Assembly: GCA_963786935.1 (NCBI GenBank)
Contig: CAWBAN010000001.1
Location: 672,001 to 736,000 of the forward strand
Origin: an uncultured bacterium
Lineage (GTDB): Bacteria > Krumholzibacteriota > Krumholzibacteriia > Krumholzibacteriales > Krumholzibacteriaceae
Reading direction: 5' to 3'
DNA length: 64,000 bases
Part shown: positions 20,937 to 31,806 of the stretch, piece by piece
How positions within the stretch are numbered: the stretch's first letter is position 1
How the letters are laid out: each line of letters begins with the position of its first letter
The notes under the pieces: generated by a model
What the model was told of the DNA's origin: nothing
The model's input: only the letters and a program-made list of their open reading frames with translations
The model's database searches: none
Translations under genes and position numbers: made by a program

Positions 20937-20991
20937 GTAGGTCTTATTTGTATATATTACAATAATTAAGAAAGGATAGTAAAAGCTCCAC

Positions 20992-23439
20992 ATGAATGAC
21001 AAATTCACCGAAAGAGTGCGTAAGGTCATCTATCTCGCACGCGACGAGGCGAACAGGCTCCAGCACGATTACATCGGGACGGAGCACCTCCTGCTCGGGA
21101 TTCTGCGTCTCGGCGAAGGCATCGCGGCGGAGGTTCTCCAACGGCTCGAGGTCGATTCGGAGCAGATCCAGCAGACCATCGAGAACATGGTGAAGCCGAC
21201 CGGCGGCACGCTCACCGTCGGCGAGATTCCGCTCACCCCGCGCGCGAAACGGGTTCTCGAGCTTTCGGTGGAGGAAGCCAGATTTCTCGGCCACAACTAC
21301 GTCGGGACGGAGCACCTGCTGCTCGGCCTCATCCGGGAAGGGGAAGGCGTGGCGGCGCGCGTGCTGCTCGAGCTCGGCGTCGACCGGAAGCGCGTGCGCG
21401 AGGAGATCATGAAGAGCCTCGCCAAGAGCGGCGGCGCGGCGGGCGCGAAGAAGGGCGTTCGCGGCAAGGCCGAAACCTCGACCCTCGACCAGTTCGGGCG
21501 CGACCTCACGCAGCACGCCCGCGATCAGAAGCTCGATCCGATCATCGGGCGGGATCAGGAGATCGGGAGGGTGATCCAGATCCTCTGCCGGAGAAAGAAG
21601 AACAATCCCGTCCTCATCGGCGAACCGGGCGTCGGGAAGACCGCCATCGTGGAGGGGCTCGCGCAGCGGATCGTGGAGGGGAAGGTGCCGGAGCTCCTGC
21701 GCGACAAGCGCATCACGACGCTCGATCTCGCTTCGATCGTCGCGGGGACGAAATACCGGGGGCAATTCGAGGAACGCCTGAAGACGATCATCAACGAAAT
21801 CCGGGACAACGACCAGGTCATCATCTTCATCGACGAGATCCATACGATCGTGGGAGCGGGGGGGGCGGAGGGGGCGATCGACGCTTCCAACATGCTCAAG
21901 CCGGCGCTCGCCCGCGGCGAGATCCAGTGCATCGGCGCCACGACGCTCGATGAGTATCGCAAGCACATCGAGAAGGACGGCGCCCTCGAGCGGCGGTTCC
22001 AGCCGATCATCATCAATCCGCCGTCGGAGGACGAGACGGTCCGTATCATCATGGGGCTCCGCGACAAGTACGAGGCGCATCACCGCACGAAATTCACGGA
22101 GGCGGCCGTCCGCCAGGCGGTTTACCTCTCGCAGCGGTACATCCAGGGGCGCTTCCTCCCCGACAAGGCGATCGACGTGATCGACGAGGCCGGGGCGCGG
22201 GCGCGCCTCTCGGTGACGACGGTGCCCGAGAGCCTCCGCGATCTCGAGCGGAGCGCCGAAGATATTTCGAAGGAGAAGGAATCGGCGATCCAGGCGCAGG
22301 AATTCGAGAAAGCGGCCGCCTTCCGCGACCAGGAGAAGGAGATCCGCAAGCGCATCCAGGATCTCCATCGCGAGTGGAGCGATTCGCGGCAGGAGAGCGA
22401 ATCGGTCGTGACGGAGCGCGAGATCGCGGCCGTCATTTCCGATATGACCGGCATTCCGGTGTCCGAGGTGCAGGAGGAGGAGACGGAAAAGCTCCTCCAT
22501 ATCGAGGACGAGCTGCGCAAGCGCGTCATCGGGCAGGAAGAAGCGCTCCGGGCGATCGCGACCGCCGTCCGCCGCAACCGCGCCGGGCTCCGCGATCCGC
22601 GGCGTCCCATCGGCTCGTTCTTCTTCCTCGGGCCCACCGGCGTCGGGAAGACCGAGCTCGCGCGGGCCATTTCGGCGATTCTGTTCGAGAGCGAGGACGC
22701 GCTCCTGCGCATCGATATGTCCGAATACATGGAAAAATTCGCCATCTCGCGCCTCGTCGGCGCCCCTCCGGGCTACGTCGGGTACGAGGAGGGGGGGCAG
22801 CTCACCGAGAAGGTGCGCCGCAAGCCATACTCCGTCGTCCTCCTCGACGAGATCGAGAAGGCGCATCCCGACGTGTTCAACCTGCTCCTTCAGATTCTCG
22901 AGGAAGGTTGTCTCACCGATTCCTTCGGTCGCAGGGTCGATTTCAAGAACACCGTGCTGATCATGACCTCGAACGTCGGCGCGAAGGAGATCAAGGGGAA
23001 GAAGGGGATGGGATTCATTTCCGAGGGGAGCGACGCCGGCTACCAGCACATGAAATCGCGCGTCCTCGACGAGCTCAAGAAGGTCTTCAATCCCGAATTC
23101 CTCAACCGCCTCGACGAGATCATCGTGTTCCATCAGCTCGAGCGGGCGGATCTCATCAAGATCATCGGGATTCTTCTCAAGGACCTCTACAAGCGGCTCG
23201 AGACGCAGAGCATCGAGTTCGAGATCACGAACGAGGCCCGGGAGTTCATCCTCGAGAAGGGGTACAATCCCGAGCACGGCGCGCGTCCGCTCAAGCGCGC
23301 GATCCAGAAGTACCTCGAGGATCCGCTCAGCGAGAAGCTTCTCAACGGCGAGATCGCGCGAAACGACCTGCTCAAGATCACGGCCGAGCCGGGAGCCGCG
23401 GGGCTCACCTTCGCGGCCGTGAAGAAGGTGCGCTCCTAG
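20992..23439 (+). CDS. clpC: ATP-dependent Clp protease ATPase ClpC
   Basis: Two Clp-N repeats (GTEHLLLG), NBD1 [11 protein letters not shown] middle domain ([11 protein letters not shown]), NBD2 GPTGVGKT, ClpP-docking MGF loop. Confidence 0.97.
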   Translation: MNDKFTERVRKVIYLARDEANRLQHDYIGTEHLLLGILRLGEGIAAEVLQRLEVDSEQIQQTIENMVKPTGGTLTVGEIPLTPRAKRVLELSVEEARFLGHNYVGTEHLLLGLIREGEGVAARVLLELGVDRKRVREEIMKSLAKSGGAAGAKKGVRGKAETSTLDQFGRDLTQHARDQKLDPIIGRDQEIGRVIQILCRRKKNNPVLIGEPGVGKTAIVEGLAQRIVEGKVPELLRDKRITTLDLASIVAGTKYRGQFEERLKTIINEIRDNDQVIIFIDEIHTIVGAGGAEGAIDASNMLKPALARGEIQCIGATTLDEYRKHIEKDGALERRFQPIIINPPSEDETVRIIMGLRDKYEAHHRTKFTEAAVRQAVYLSQRYIQGRFLPDKAIDVIDEAGARARLSVTTVPESLRDLERSAEDISKEKESAIQAQEFEKAAAFRDQEKEIRKRIQDLHREWSDSRQESESVVTEREIAAVISDMTGIPVSEVQEEETEKLLHIEDELRKRVIGQEEALRAIATAVRRNRAGLRDPRRPIGSFFFLGPTGVGKTELARAISAILFESEDALLRIDMSEYMEKFAISRLVGAPPGYVGYEEGGQLTEKVRRKPYSVVLLDEIEKAHPDVFNLLLQILEEGCLTDSFGRRVDFKNTVLIMTSNVGAKEIKGKKGMGFISEGSDAGYQHMKSRVLDELKKVFNPEFLNRLDEIIVFHQLERADLIKIIGILLKDLYKRLETQSIEFEITNEAREFILEKGYNPEHGARPLKRAIQKYLEDPLSEKLLNGEIARNDLLKITAEPGAAGLTFAAVKKVRS

Positions 23440-23490
23440 AGCCGCCGCTCCGCGGCATCCGCCGCGCCGCCGAAAAATTCCCTTTTGCGA

Positions 23491-23519
23491 TTGTACAACC
23501 GGCACCGGTGTGATAGCAT
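23491..23519 (+). promoter_or_regulatory. Candidate sigma70 promoter for bamA
   Basis: TTGTAC-N17-TAGCAT with extended TG; 47 nt before the ATG. Confidence 0.45.
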
Positions 23520-23565
23520 TCGCGCCGCTCCGCATTTTTGTGTACATTTCAGGTAAGGAACTGGA

Positions 23566-25815
23566 ATGAAACGTACCGGCGCCGTTGTCTGTCTCATGCT
23601 CCTCTTCGCCTCCGCCGTCCGATCGATGCCGATCGGCGGGGTCGAGGTCACGGGGAATTACTGGCTCTCCGAGGCGAAGATTCTCACGATTTTCGGTGTC
23701 CGCGCCGGGGAGGAATATCGCGAGGAGCGCGTGACGGACGGCCTCAAGCGCCTCTCCCAGACGAAGCAGTTTTCGGATCTTCAGGTGCGCTCCCGCGTCG
23801 AAAACGGCGCGATGATCCTGTCGCTCGCCGTCGCGGAGTACCCCCGCGTGAAGGAGGTCCGCGTCCAGGGGACGAGCAAGCTCAAGCGGGATGACGTCGA
23901 GGCGAAGGTGGCGCTCAAGGAGGGCTATTTCGCCCGTCCGTCCCTCTTCACGCAGGACGTCGACTCGATACGCGCCCTCTACGCCGACAAGGGCTACAGC
24001 CGGGCGAAGGTCGAGGTGCGCAAGACCGCCGTCGAGAAGGAGCACAGCGTCATCGTCGCCTACGTCGTCACCGAGGGGCGGAAGATCAAGATTCGGCATC
24101 TCGATATTCTCGGCAACGGCGCTCTCGAATCGTCCGACATCAAGCGGATCATTCAAACGAGGGAGAGCAAGTGGTGGCGCGGGGCGGATTACAAGCCGGC
24201 GACGATCGCGGAGGATCTCAAGAGAATCAGGGAGCTCTACGGAACCATCGGGTATATCGACGCCGATGCCCGCGTCGACAAGACGGAGGAGATCGACGAC
24301 GGCAAGGCGCTCGACGTCTACATCCGCGTCGACGAAGGGCAGCGCTATACCCTCGGGCGTCTGACGTGGACCGGCAACAAGGTCGTCACCGACGACGAGA
24401 TACGGGGGTTCGTGGATCTCAAGGAAGGGGATCCGTTCGCGATCGACCGCGTCGAAGGCCTCCAGATGGCGATCAACAGCAAGTATTGGGAGCAGGGCTA
24501 CATCTGGAGCCGCGTCAACGCCGACCGGAACATCCGCGGCCGGCGCGTCGATCTCGATCTCGAGATCGTCGAGAACAATCCCACCTCGATCAACGAAATC
24601 AAGATATCGGGCAACTCGAAAACGTTCGAAAACGTCATCAGGCGCGAGCTCAGCGTATACCCCGGCGAGCGGTTCGTTCTCAACAAGGTGCAGCGGAGCA
24701 TCCGCGACGTCGTCGCGCTCGGCTACTTCAACGGTTTTCCGAAGCTCGACACGGAGCCGGTAAGCGAGGGAGGAGATATCAATCTCCTGCTCTCGATCGA
24801 GGAGAAGACGACGGGCAATTTCCGCATGGGAGCGGGATTCTCGCAGCTCAACTCCCTGAGCGGCTTCTTCGGCATCCAGGAAAACAACCTCTTCGGGCGC
24901 GGCAAGAGCGTCTCGCTCGACTGGGAGTTCGGAAAAACGAGGAAGAATATCAATTTCAGCTACTCGGAGCCGTATTTTCTGGAAACGGAGAACTCGCTCA
25001 CCTTCACCGTGTACAACTGGATTCAGGACCGCGTCAGTCAGCAGTACTACACGGATCGCCGCAAGGGCTTCTCGGTCCAGCTCGGGCGGCCGTTCCCCTA
25101 CCTCGATTACATGAGGTTCTGGGCGGCCTACCGGTTCGAGCACGTGGCGCTCTCGAATTTCTCTCCCGATTATCCCGCGACGGGCGATCTCCGCCTCACG
25201 CAGTGGCCGCTCCTCAAGAGCAGCATGCTCTTCAGCCTGACGCGAAACTCGACGGACAATCCGACCCATCCGACCGAGGGATCGGTCGCGTCGTTGAGCG
25301 CCGAGTACGCGGGCGGCATTCTCCAGGGAAACGTCAACTACATGCGCTACACGGGCGATCTCTCGTGGTTCCGGAAGGTGTTCTGGAAGCTCACGTTCCA
25401 TATGAGCATGGAAGCCGGCCTGATCGACGGGCTCAGCGATCCGCAGGAGGTGCAGGACTTCGAGAAGTTCCGCCTCGGCGGCAACCGGCGATATGCCCTG
25501 CGCGGATACGATTTCTACGAGGTCGTGCCCGAGGGCAACGATATCTACGTCGGCGGGCGGTTCATGACGAGCTTCACGCACGAGCTGCTTTTCCCCTTCA
25601 GCGACGCGGTGTACGGGCTCGTGTTCTTCGACGCCGGGAACACGTGGAACTCTTTCGGCGAGGCGTACCCCTTCAACCTCCGCCGCGGCGTCGGATTCGG
25701 AGTGCGGGTCGAGATGCCGGCCCTCGGAAACCTCGGATTCGATTACGGGTACGGATTCGATAAAGTCGGCGGAGGGGCCTGGGAGCCGCATTTCACCTTC
25801 GGCACGATGTTCTAA
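23566..25815 (+). CDS. bamA: Outer membrane protein assembly factor BamA
   Basis: Signal peptide, POTRA repeats (ISGNSKTFENVIRREL), NLFGRG, LRGY, FFDAGN, terminal FTFGTMF. Confidence 0.96.
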   Translation: MKRTGAVVCLMLLFASAVRSMPIGGVEVTGNYWLSEAKILTIFGVRAGEEYREERVTDGLKRLSQTKQFSDLQVRSRVENGAMILSLAVAEYPRVKEVRVQGTSKLKRDDVEAKVALKEGYFARPSLFTQDVDSIRALYADKGYSRAKVEVRKTAVEKEHSVIVAYVVTEGRKIKIRHLDILGNGALESSDIKRIIQTRESKWWRGADYKPATIAEDLKRIRELYGTIGYIDADARVDKTEEIDDGKALDVYIRVDEGQRYTLGRLTWTGNKVVTDDEIRGFVDLKEGDPFAIDRVEGLQMAINSKYWEQGYIWSRVNADRNIRGRRVDLDLEIVENNPTSINEIKISGNSKTFENVIRRELSVYPGERFVLNKVQRSIRDVVALGYFNGFPKLDTEPVSEGGDINLLLSIEEKTTGNFRMGAGFSQLNSLSGFFGIQENNLFGRGKSVSLDWEFGKTRKNINFSYSEPYFLETENSLTFTVYNWIQDRVSQQYYTDRRKGFSVQLGRPFPYLDYMRFWAAYRFEHVALSNFSPDYPATGDLRLTQWPLLKSSMLFSLTRNSTDNPTHPTEGSVASLSAEYAGGILQGNVNYMRYTGDLSWFRKVFWKLTFHMSMEAGLIDGLSDPQEVQDFEKFRLGGNRRYALRGYDFYEVVPEGNDIYVGGRFMTSFTHELLFPFSDAVYGLVFFDAGNTWNSFGEAYPFNLRRGVGFGVRVEMPALGNLGFDYGYGFDKVGGGAWEPHFTFGTMF

Positions 25816-25890
25816 AAAATAGTGGTTTCAATCGCGGTAAAAAGCACTATATTGGTGAACAATGATATTCGGTCGAAAGGAGGCCTCTTG

Positions 25891-26439
25891 ATGAAGAAGG
25901 TGTCGTGTTTCATCCTCGTGTGCTTCATCGTGTCGCACCTTCCCGTGAGCGCGCTGTGGGCGGAGGAAATCAAGCTCGGATACATCGATACGGTGAAAAT
26001 ATTCGCCGAGTTCAAGGAAACGGTGGACGCCGAGGCGATATACAAGAAAGAGGTTGAAGCCTGGAAGAAGAAGGCGTCCGATATGGAAGCCGCGCTCGCG
26101 ACGATGCGCGAGGAGATTCAGAGTCAGAGCCTCATGCTGAGCGAGGAGAAGCTCGCCGAGAAGAAGCAGCTCTTCGACAAGAAGCTCGCTGAATATAATC
26201 AGTACATGAGCGACGTGTTCGGCGATAACGGCCAAGCCGCGAAGCGCAACAAAGAGCTTACCCAGCCCATCGTCGAGAAGATCAACACGGTCATCGCCCA
26301 GATCGCCGAGGCGGAGGGCTATACGATCATTCTCGATGCCGCGCAGGGGAACATCGTGTTCGCGAAGAAGGCGCTCGATCTCACGACCCGCGTCATGGAA
26401 GAGCTCGAGAAGCAGATGGTGAAGAATCCCGCTCCCTGA
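25891..26439 (+). CDS. skp: Periplasmic chaperone Skp/OmpH
   Basis: Signal peptide, KLGYID, coiled coil, GYTIILD...DLT; between bamA and lpxD; SD AAAGGAGG. Confidence 0.92.
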   Translation: MKKVSCFILVCFIVSHLPVSALWAEEIKLGYIDTVKIFAEFKETVDAEAIYKKEVEAWKKKASDMEAALATMREEIQSQSLMLSEEKLAEKKQLFDKKLAEYNQYMSDVFGDNGQAAKRNKELTQPIVEKINTVIAQIAEAEGYTIILDAAQGNIVFAKKALDLTTRVMEELEKQMVKNPAP

Positions 26440-26474
26440 CGGATCCCGCAATCGGTCCGGGGGGTTCATTCGCG

Positions 26475-27533
26475 ATGGTTTCATACACGCTTGAAGAGGT
26501 GGCCCGGCTGGTCGGCGGCACGGTTGTCGGCGCGCCGGATATCGTGATCACCGGCGTCGCGGGGATCAAAGAGGCGCACGAGGGCGAGATCACCTTCCTC
26601 GCCAATTCGAAGTACGAGTCGTACCTCGCGACGACGCGCGCGTCCGCGGTCATCGCCGATCGCGAGGACGGTTCCCCGAAACCGATCGTCAAGGTGTCCA
26701 ATCCCTATCTCGCGTTCCTGAAAGTCATGTCCCTCTTTTCCGGCGGGCATTTCGACCGGCGCCAGCAGGGCGTCCACCCGACGGCGATCGTCGCGAAATC
26801 GGCGACGCTCGCGGCGGACGTTTCGGTCGGCGCGTATTGCTTCGTCGGTGAGGGCGTCTCGATCGGCGCGCGAACGACGATTCTCCCGCTCGTCTGCGTC
26901 CTCGACGGCGCGAAGCTCGGCGAGGACTGCCTCGTCTATCCGCACGTCACCGTGCGGGAGTGCTGCGTTCTCGGGAACCGGGTCATCGTGCATTCGGGAA
27001 CCGTCATCGGGAGCGACGGGTTCGGCTACGCGAAGGACGGCGACCTGAACCGCAAGATTCCGCAAATCGGGATCGTCGCCATCGAGGACGACGTCGAGAT
27101 CGGGTCGAACGCGGCGATCGACCGGGCGACGACGGACGTCACCCTCATCAAGCGGGGCACCAAGATAGACAACCTCGTCCAGATCGCGCACAACGTCGTC
27201 ATCGGGGAGGATTCGATCATCGCCGCGCAGGCCGGCGTCTCGGGAAGCACGCAGCTCGGCCGGAACGTGGTTCTCGGCGGCCAGGCGGGGCTCGTCGGGC
27301 ACATCAATCTCGGCGACAACGTGATGGTCGGCGCGCAGGGGGGCGTCACGAAGTCGGTTCCGGCCAATACGAGGGTGTCCGGCTATCCCGCGCGCGAGCA
27401 CGGCTCGGCCCGCAAGATCTACGCGCTCATCGCGCGGCTCCCCGAGCTCTTCCGGGAATTCAAGCAGCTTGCGGCGAGGGTCGGCGCCCTGGAGAAAGGC
27501 GCGAAACGTGGTCCGGCAGCAAAGAACGATTAA
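26475..27533 (+). CDS. lpxD: UDP-3-O-acyl-glucosamine N-acyltransferase
   Basis: ITFLAN, hexapeptide repeats, IGSDGFGY, KIPQIG, IDRA, KIDNLVQIAHNV. Confidence 0.96.
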   Translation: MVSYTLEEVARLVGGTVVGAPDIVITGVAGIKEAHEGEITFLANSKYESYLATTRASAVIADREDGSPKPIVKVSNPYLAFLKVMSLFSGGHFDRRQQGVHPTAIVAKSATLAADVSVGAYCFVGEGVSIGARTTILPLVCVLDGAKLGEDCLVYPHVTVRECCVLGNRVIVHSGTVIGSDGFGYAKDGDLNRKIPQIGIVAIEDDVEIGSNAAIDRATTDVTLIKRGTKIDNLVQIAHNVVIGEDSIIAAQAGVSGSTQLGRNVVLGGQAGLVGHINLGDNVMVGAQGGVTKSVPANTRVSGYPAREHGSARKIYALIARLPELFREFKQLAARVGALEKGAKRGPAAKND

Positions 27534-28817
27534 AGGCTCGTTCGCCTACGAAGGCACGGGGCTCCACACGGGGAAAGCGGTGCGGACGGTGTTCCATCCG
27601 GCGCCCGCCTTCACCGGCATCCGATTCCGCCGGATCGATCTCTCGCCGCCGGTCGAGATTCCCACCCACGTCGATTTCGTCAGCGAGGGGGAGATCCGCC
27701 GGAACACGACGCTCGTGAACGACGGCGTTCTCGTCCACACGGTCGAGCATATCCTCGCGGCCGCTTCCGGGCTCCAGATCGACAACATGATCATCGATAT
27801 CGATTCGGACGAGCCGCCCGAGCCGCGCGACGGCAGCTGCGCGCCGTTGGTTGAGGCGCTTCAGAAGGCCGGCATCGAGAATCAAGGCATTCCGGGCCGC
27901 TTTCTCAAGATCACCCGGCCCATCTCCCTGGGGGGGACGGCGTGGAGCTCTACGCCCTCCCGTACGACGGATTCAAGGTAAGCTTCACGATCGATTACCG
28001 CAATCCGCATATCGGAATCCAGTACGCGTCCTTCGATATTTCCCCCGAGCTCTTCGTGCGGGAGATCGCCCCCGCCCGCACCTTCGTCCTCTGGTCGGAC
28101 GTCGAACTTCTCAAGGCGCAGGGGCTCATCAAGGGGGGCAGCCTCGACAACGCGATCGCGGTCGACGCCGACGGCATCGTCAACAAGGTTCCGCTCCGTT
28201 TTCCGAACGAGTTCGTCCGCCACAAGGTTCTCGATCTCATCGGGGATCTCTCGCTCGCCGGCGCGCCGATCGAGGGGCACGTCATCGCGATCCGCTCCGG
28301 GCACCGGCAGAACCTCGCGTTCGCGAAGCTCCTCGCGCAGGAGTTCAAGAATCAGCAGAAAGACGCCGTGGCCGCCGAGCATGGCTTCTGGGATATCAAC
28401 GTCATTCAAAAGATCATGCCGCACCGCTATCCCTTCCTCCTCGTCGACCGGATCCTCAAGCTCGAGGACAAGAAACGCGTCGTCGGGATCAAGAACGTCA
28501 CCATCAACGAGCCGTTCTTCGTCGGGCATTTCCCCGGGCATCCGATCATGCCCGCCGTTCTCATCATCGAGGCGATGGCGCAGGTCGGAGGCATTTTGCT
28601 TCTCTCGAGCGTCGATACGCCCGAGAAGTATCTCGTCTATTTCGTCAGCATCGATAAAGCGAAATTCCGCAGGCCCGTCGTTCCCGGCGACCAGATCCGT
28701 TTCGAGCTCGAGATGGTTTCGCTCCGCAAGCGATTCTGCAAGATGAGGGGCGTGGCGTACGTGGACGGCCAGATTGTCGCGGAAGCGGAGCTTCTTTCAT
28801 CGATCGTCGACCGGTAA
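27508..28817 (+). CDS. lpxC: Bifunctional LpxC-FabZ; broken by a -1 shift in a G7 run at 27930-27936 (probable sequencing error)
   Basis: 5' frame: QRTI...GTGLHTG, TVEH, EPPEPRDGS. 3' frame: EIAPARTF, RFPNEFVRHKVLDLIGD, then FabZ MPHRYPFLLVDR, FFVGHFPGHPIMP. Confidence 0.92.
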
Positions 28818-28827
28818 CGGAGCAGCC

Positions 28828-29604
28828 ATGCCGCGAGACATCCATCCGACCGCAATCGTTCATCCCAAGGCGGAGCTTGCCCCCGACGTGGCCATCGGCC
28901 CCTATTCGATCGTGGGCGAAAAGGTGACGATCGGGGACGGCTGCCGGATCGGAAGCTCCGTGCTCATCGACGGAGAGACGACGCTCGGGAAGAACAACCG
29001 GATCTTTCACGGAGCCGCCGTCGGCAACGAGTGTCAGGATCTCAAGTACCGAGGCGAGCGGACCTTCGTGCGGATCGGCGACGGCAATACGATCCGCGAG
29101 TTCGCGACGATCAACAGCGCGACGGGCGAAGGGGAGAGCACGGTGGTCGGCAGCGGCACGCTCATCATGGCATACGTTCATCTCGCCCATAATTGCGTCA
29201 TCGGGGATAACGTCATTCTCGCGAACGCGGTGAACCTCGCCGGGCACGTGCGCGTCCACGATTTCGCCTCGATCGGCGGGCTCACGCCGGTCCACCAGTT
29301 CGTCGAGATCGGCAGCCACGCGTTTATCGGCGGCGGGAGCAGAATCCCGCAGGACGTGCCGCCGTTTCTGAAGGTCGCGGGGAATCCGACGCGCGTCTGG
29401 GGTCTCAACAATGTCGGTCTCGCGAGACGCGGCTACACCGCCGAGCAACGGGCGGTTCTCAAGCGGGCGTACGTGATCCTGTACCGGAGCGGGCTCAACG
29501 TCACGCAGGCGCTCGAGCGGATCGACGCCGATCTTCCCCGCACGGACGAGATTGCGATGTTCGTCGATTTCATCCGCGCCTCCAAGCGGGGAATCATCAA
29601 GTAA
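28828..29604 (+). CDS. lpxA: UDP-GlcNAc (or UDP-GlcNAc3N) acyltransferase
   Basis: IHPTAIV, QDLKY, IREF, MAYVHLAHNC, VHQF, QDVPPF, GLNNVGLARRG. Confidence 0.96.
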   Translation: MPRDIHPTAIVHPKAELAPDVAIGPYSIVGEKVTIGDGCRIGSSVLIDGETTLGKNNRIFHGAAVGNECQDLKYRGERTFVRIGDGNTIREFATINSATGEGESTVVGSGTLIMAYVHLAHNCVIGDNVILANAVNLAGHVRVHDFASIGGLTPVHQFVEIGSHAFIGGGSRIPQDVPPFLKVAGNPTRVWGLNNVGLARRGYTAEQRAVLKRAYVILYRSGLNVTQALERIDADLPRTDEIAMFVDFIRASKRGIIK

Positions 29605-29637
29605 CAGCGTTCAATCGAAGCGGGAGCGGGAGGTTCC

Positions 29638-30618
29638 GTGGAAGAGAAACGCCGCAGGATCAGGGTGGGAGTCATCGGCACGGGGCGTCTCGGCCGGGAG
29701 CACGCGCGCGTCTACGCGTCGCTCGACGGCGTCGAGCGCGTGCTCGTCTACGATCGCGATCAGGCGCGGGCCGAGGACGTGGCGCGGGAGCGCGGCGCGA
29801 AGCCCTGCGCATCCATCGAGACGCTTCTCGACGGCTGCGAGGCGGTGAGCGTTTGCACGCCCGCCACGCACCATCACGCCGCGGCCGCGGCGGCGTTCGA
29901 GCGGGGCGTGCACGTCCTCGTCGAGAAACCGATCGCCTCGGACACGGCGGCGGCGCGGGACATGATCGCGCGCGCCTCGGCGCGCGGCTGCGTCTTTCAG
30001 GTGGGGCATATCGAGCGCTTCAACGGGGCGTTCGAGGCCGCGCGCGCGCTCATCAAGCGGCCCCGTTTCATCGAAGCGCATCGTCTCGGAGTATTCAGCC
30101 CGCGCGGCATCGACGTATCGGTCGTGCAGGATCTCATGATCCATGACATCGATCTCGTCCTGTCGGTGCTGCCCGGCGACCGGCTCGTCGATATCAGGGT
30201 CTCGGGCGCGAGCGTTCTCACCGGCGCGCCCGATATCGTGAACGCGCGCCTCGAGTTCGCCGGCGGATGCGTGGCGAACATCACGGCGAGCCGGATTTCG
30301 CGGGAACCGCTCCGGAAGATCCGCTTCTTCGAGGAGAACCGCTACGTGTCCGTCGATCTGCGCGAGAAGACCGTCGAGGCCTTCGAGAAGCGCGGAGACG
30401 CCGATCCCGCGGCGCGGGATTTCGATCCGGCGAAGATCATCCGCGGCATCCCGGTCGACGTCGACGCATCGGAGCCGCTTCGCAAGGAAATCGTTTCGTT
30501 CCTGGCGGCGGTGCGAGGGGAGGGCGGACCCGCCGTCACGGCAGAGGAAGGGCTCGCGGCGCTCGGCGTCGCGGAACGCATGCTCGAGAGCATTTCGAAA
30601 ACCTGGAGCGCGCGTTGA
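29638..30618 (+). CDS. Gfo/Idh/MocA oxidoreductase, GnnA-like (UDP-GlcNAc 3-dehydrogenase candidate)
   Basis: GVIGTGRLG, HVLVEKP, QVGHIERFN, DVSVVQDLMIHDID, ANITASRIS; between lpxA and lpxB. Confidence 0.8.
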   Translation: MEEKRRRIRVGVIGTGRLGREHARVYASLDGVERVLVYDRDQARAEDVARERGAKPCASIETLLDGCEAVSVCTPATHHHAAAAAAFERGVHVLVEKPIASDTAAARDMIARASARGCVFQVGHIERFNGAFEAARALIKRPRFIEAHRLGVFSPRGIDVSVVQDLMIHDIDLVLSVLPGDRLVDIRVSGASVLTGAPDIVNARLEFAGGCVANITASRISREPLRKIRFFEENRYVSVDLREKTVEAFEKRGDADPAARDFDPAKIIRGIPVDVDASEPLRKEIVSFLAAVRGEGGPAVTAEEGLAALGVAERMLESISKTWSAR

Positions 30619-31769
30619 TGCGCACCATCCTCCTCACCTGCGGCGAGACGAGCGGCGAGCAGCATGCGGCCCGCCTCGTCGGGGCGATCAAGGCGATCGA
30701 TCCCTCGTGCCGCGTGCTCGCGCTCGGCGGCGACGCCCTCGCCGCGGCGGGAGCGGAGATCGTTCACCCCCTCGCGCGGTACGCCGTCATGGGCTTCGCG
30801 GAAGTCGTCGCGAAACTCCCGCGCATCGTCGCGCTCGAGCGGTCGCTCGGCTCGACGCTCTCGAAGGGCGGCGTCGACCTCTTCATCCCCGTCGATTATC
30901 CCGGGCTCAATCTGCGCCTCGCGAAACGGGCGAAAGCGGCCGGTGTGCCCGTGCTCTATTTCATCGGTCCGCAGGTGTGGGCGTGGGGCGGGTGGCGCCT
31001 GAAGCGAATCAAACGATCCGTCGATATAATGGCGGTGATTCTGCCGTTCGAAGTCGATCTGTACCGCGCCGCCGGGATCCCGGTCGTCTTCGCCGGCCAT
31101 CCCCTCCTCGACGTCGTCAATACGCCCGATCGTCCCAAGGAAGCGCCCGAGGCGGGGACGCCGTTCACCGTCGTTCTGTTTCCCGGCTCGAGACGCCAGG
31201 TCTTCGAGCGAATGCTGCCCGTATTTCTCGGAGCCGCGCGCCGGATCAGGGAACGGTTCGGGAGCGCCGAATTCGTCATCGGGCTCGCGCCCCTCATCGA
31301 CGACCGGGCCGCTTCCGTCCCGGCCGACATGCGAGAGTACTGCCGGGCGTCGAGACACGGTATCGAGGAGCTCGACCGCGCGTCGCTGGCGCTCGCCGCC
31401 TCGGGCACCGTGACGCTGCAGTGCGCGCTGTCGGGAACGCCGGCGGTGGTGTCGTACCGCACCTCCGGCGTCTCGTACGCGATCGGCAAGGCGCTCGTGC
31501 GGATTCCGCACATCGCCATGCCGAACGTGCTGGCCGGGCGCGCGCTGCTTCCCGAGCTGATCCAGGGGGCCGCCACGCCGGAGCGGATCGCGGAAGCGGC
31601 GATGTCGCTGCTCGGCGATCCCGCGCGGTACCACGGCGTATCCGCGGATCTCATTTCGCTGCGGCGGACGCTCGGCGAGCGGGGAGGAATCGGACGGATC
31701 GCGGAGCTGGCCCTGAGAATGGCGGCGGGGGATCGCCCGGCGGCGCCGGCCGGCGGGTGCGGCCGGTAG
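30618..31769 (+). CDS. lpxB: Lipid A disaccharide synthase
   Basis: GETSGE, VMGFAEV, VDYPGLN, PQVWAW, ILPFE, GHPL, FPGSR, ASGTVTL, PELIQ. Confidence 0.94.
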   Translation: MRTILLTCGETSGEQHAARLVGAIKAIDPSCRVLALGGDALAAAGAEIVHPLARYAVMGFAEVVAKLPRIVALERSLGSTLSKGGVDLFIPVDYPGLNLRLAKRAKAAGVPVLYFIGPQVWAWGGWRLKRIKRSVDIMAVILPFEVDLYRAAGIPVVFAGHPLLDVVNTPDRPKEAPEAGTPFTVVLFPGSRRQVFERMLPVFLGAARRIRERFGSAEFVIGLAPLIDDRAASVPADMREYCRASRHGIEELDRASLALAASGTVTLQCALSGTPAVVSYRTSGVSYAIGKALVRIPHIAMPNVLAGRALLPELIQGAATPERIAEAAMSLLGDPARYHGVSADLISLRRTLGERGGIGRIAELALRMAAGDRPAAPAGGCGR

Positions 31770-31806
31770 CGGCCGCGCGCGTCTCCCCCGAAGCGCAGGA
31801 GAACGT

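Noticed and set aside
20944..25791. 1615-aa antisense ORF over clpC and bamA, and similar long antisense ORFs over ftsK, polA, lon and msbA
   Set aside because: These are shadow ORFs expected from strong GC3 bias, which removes stops on the opposite strand. They show no recognisable motifs and fully overlap well-supported genes.
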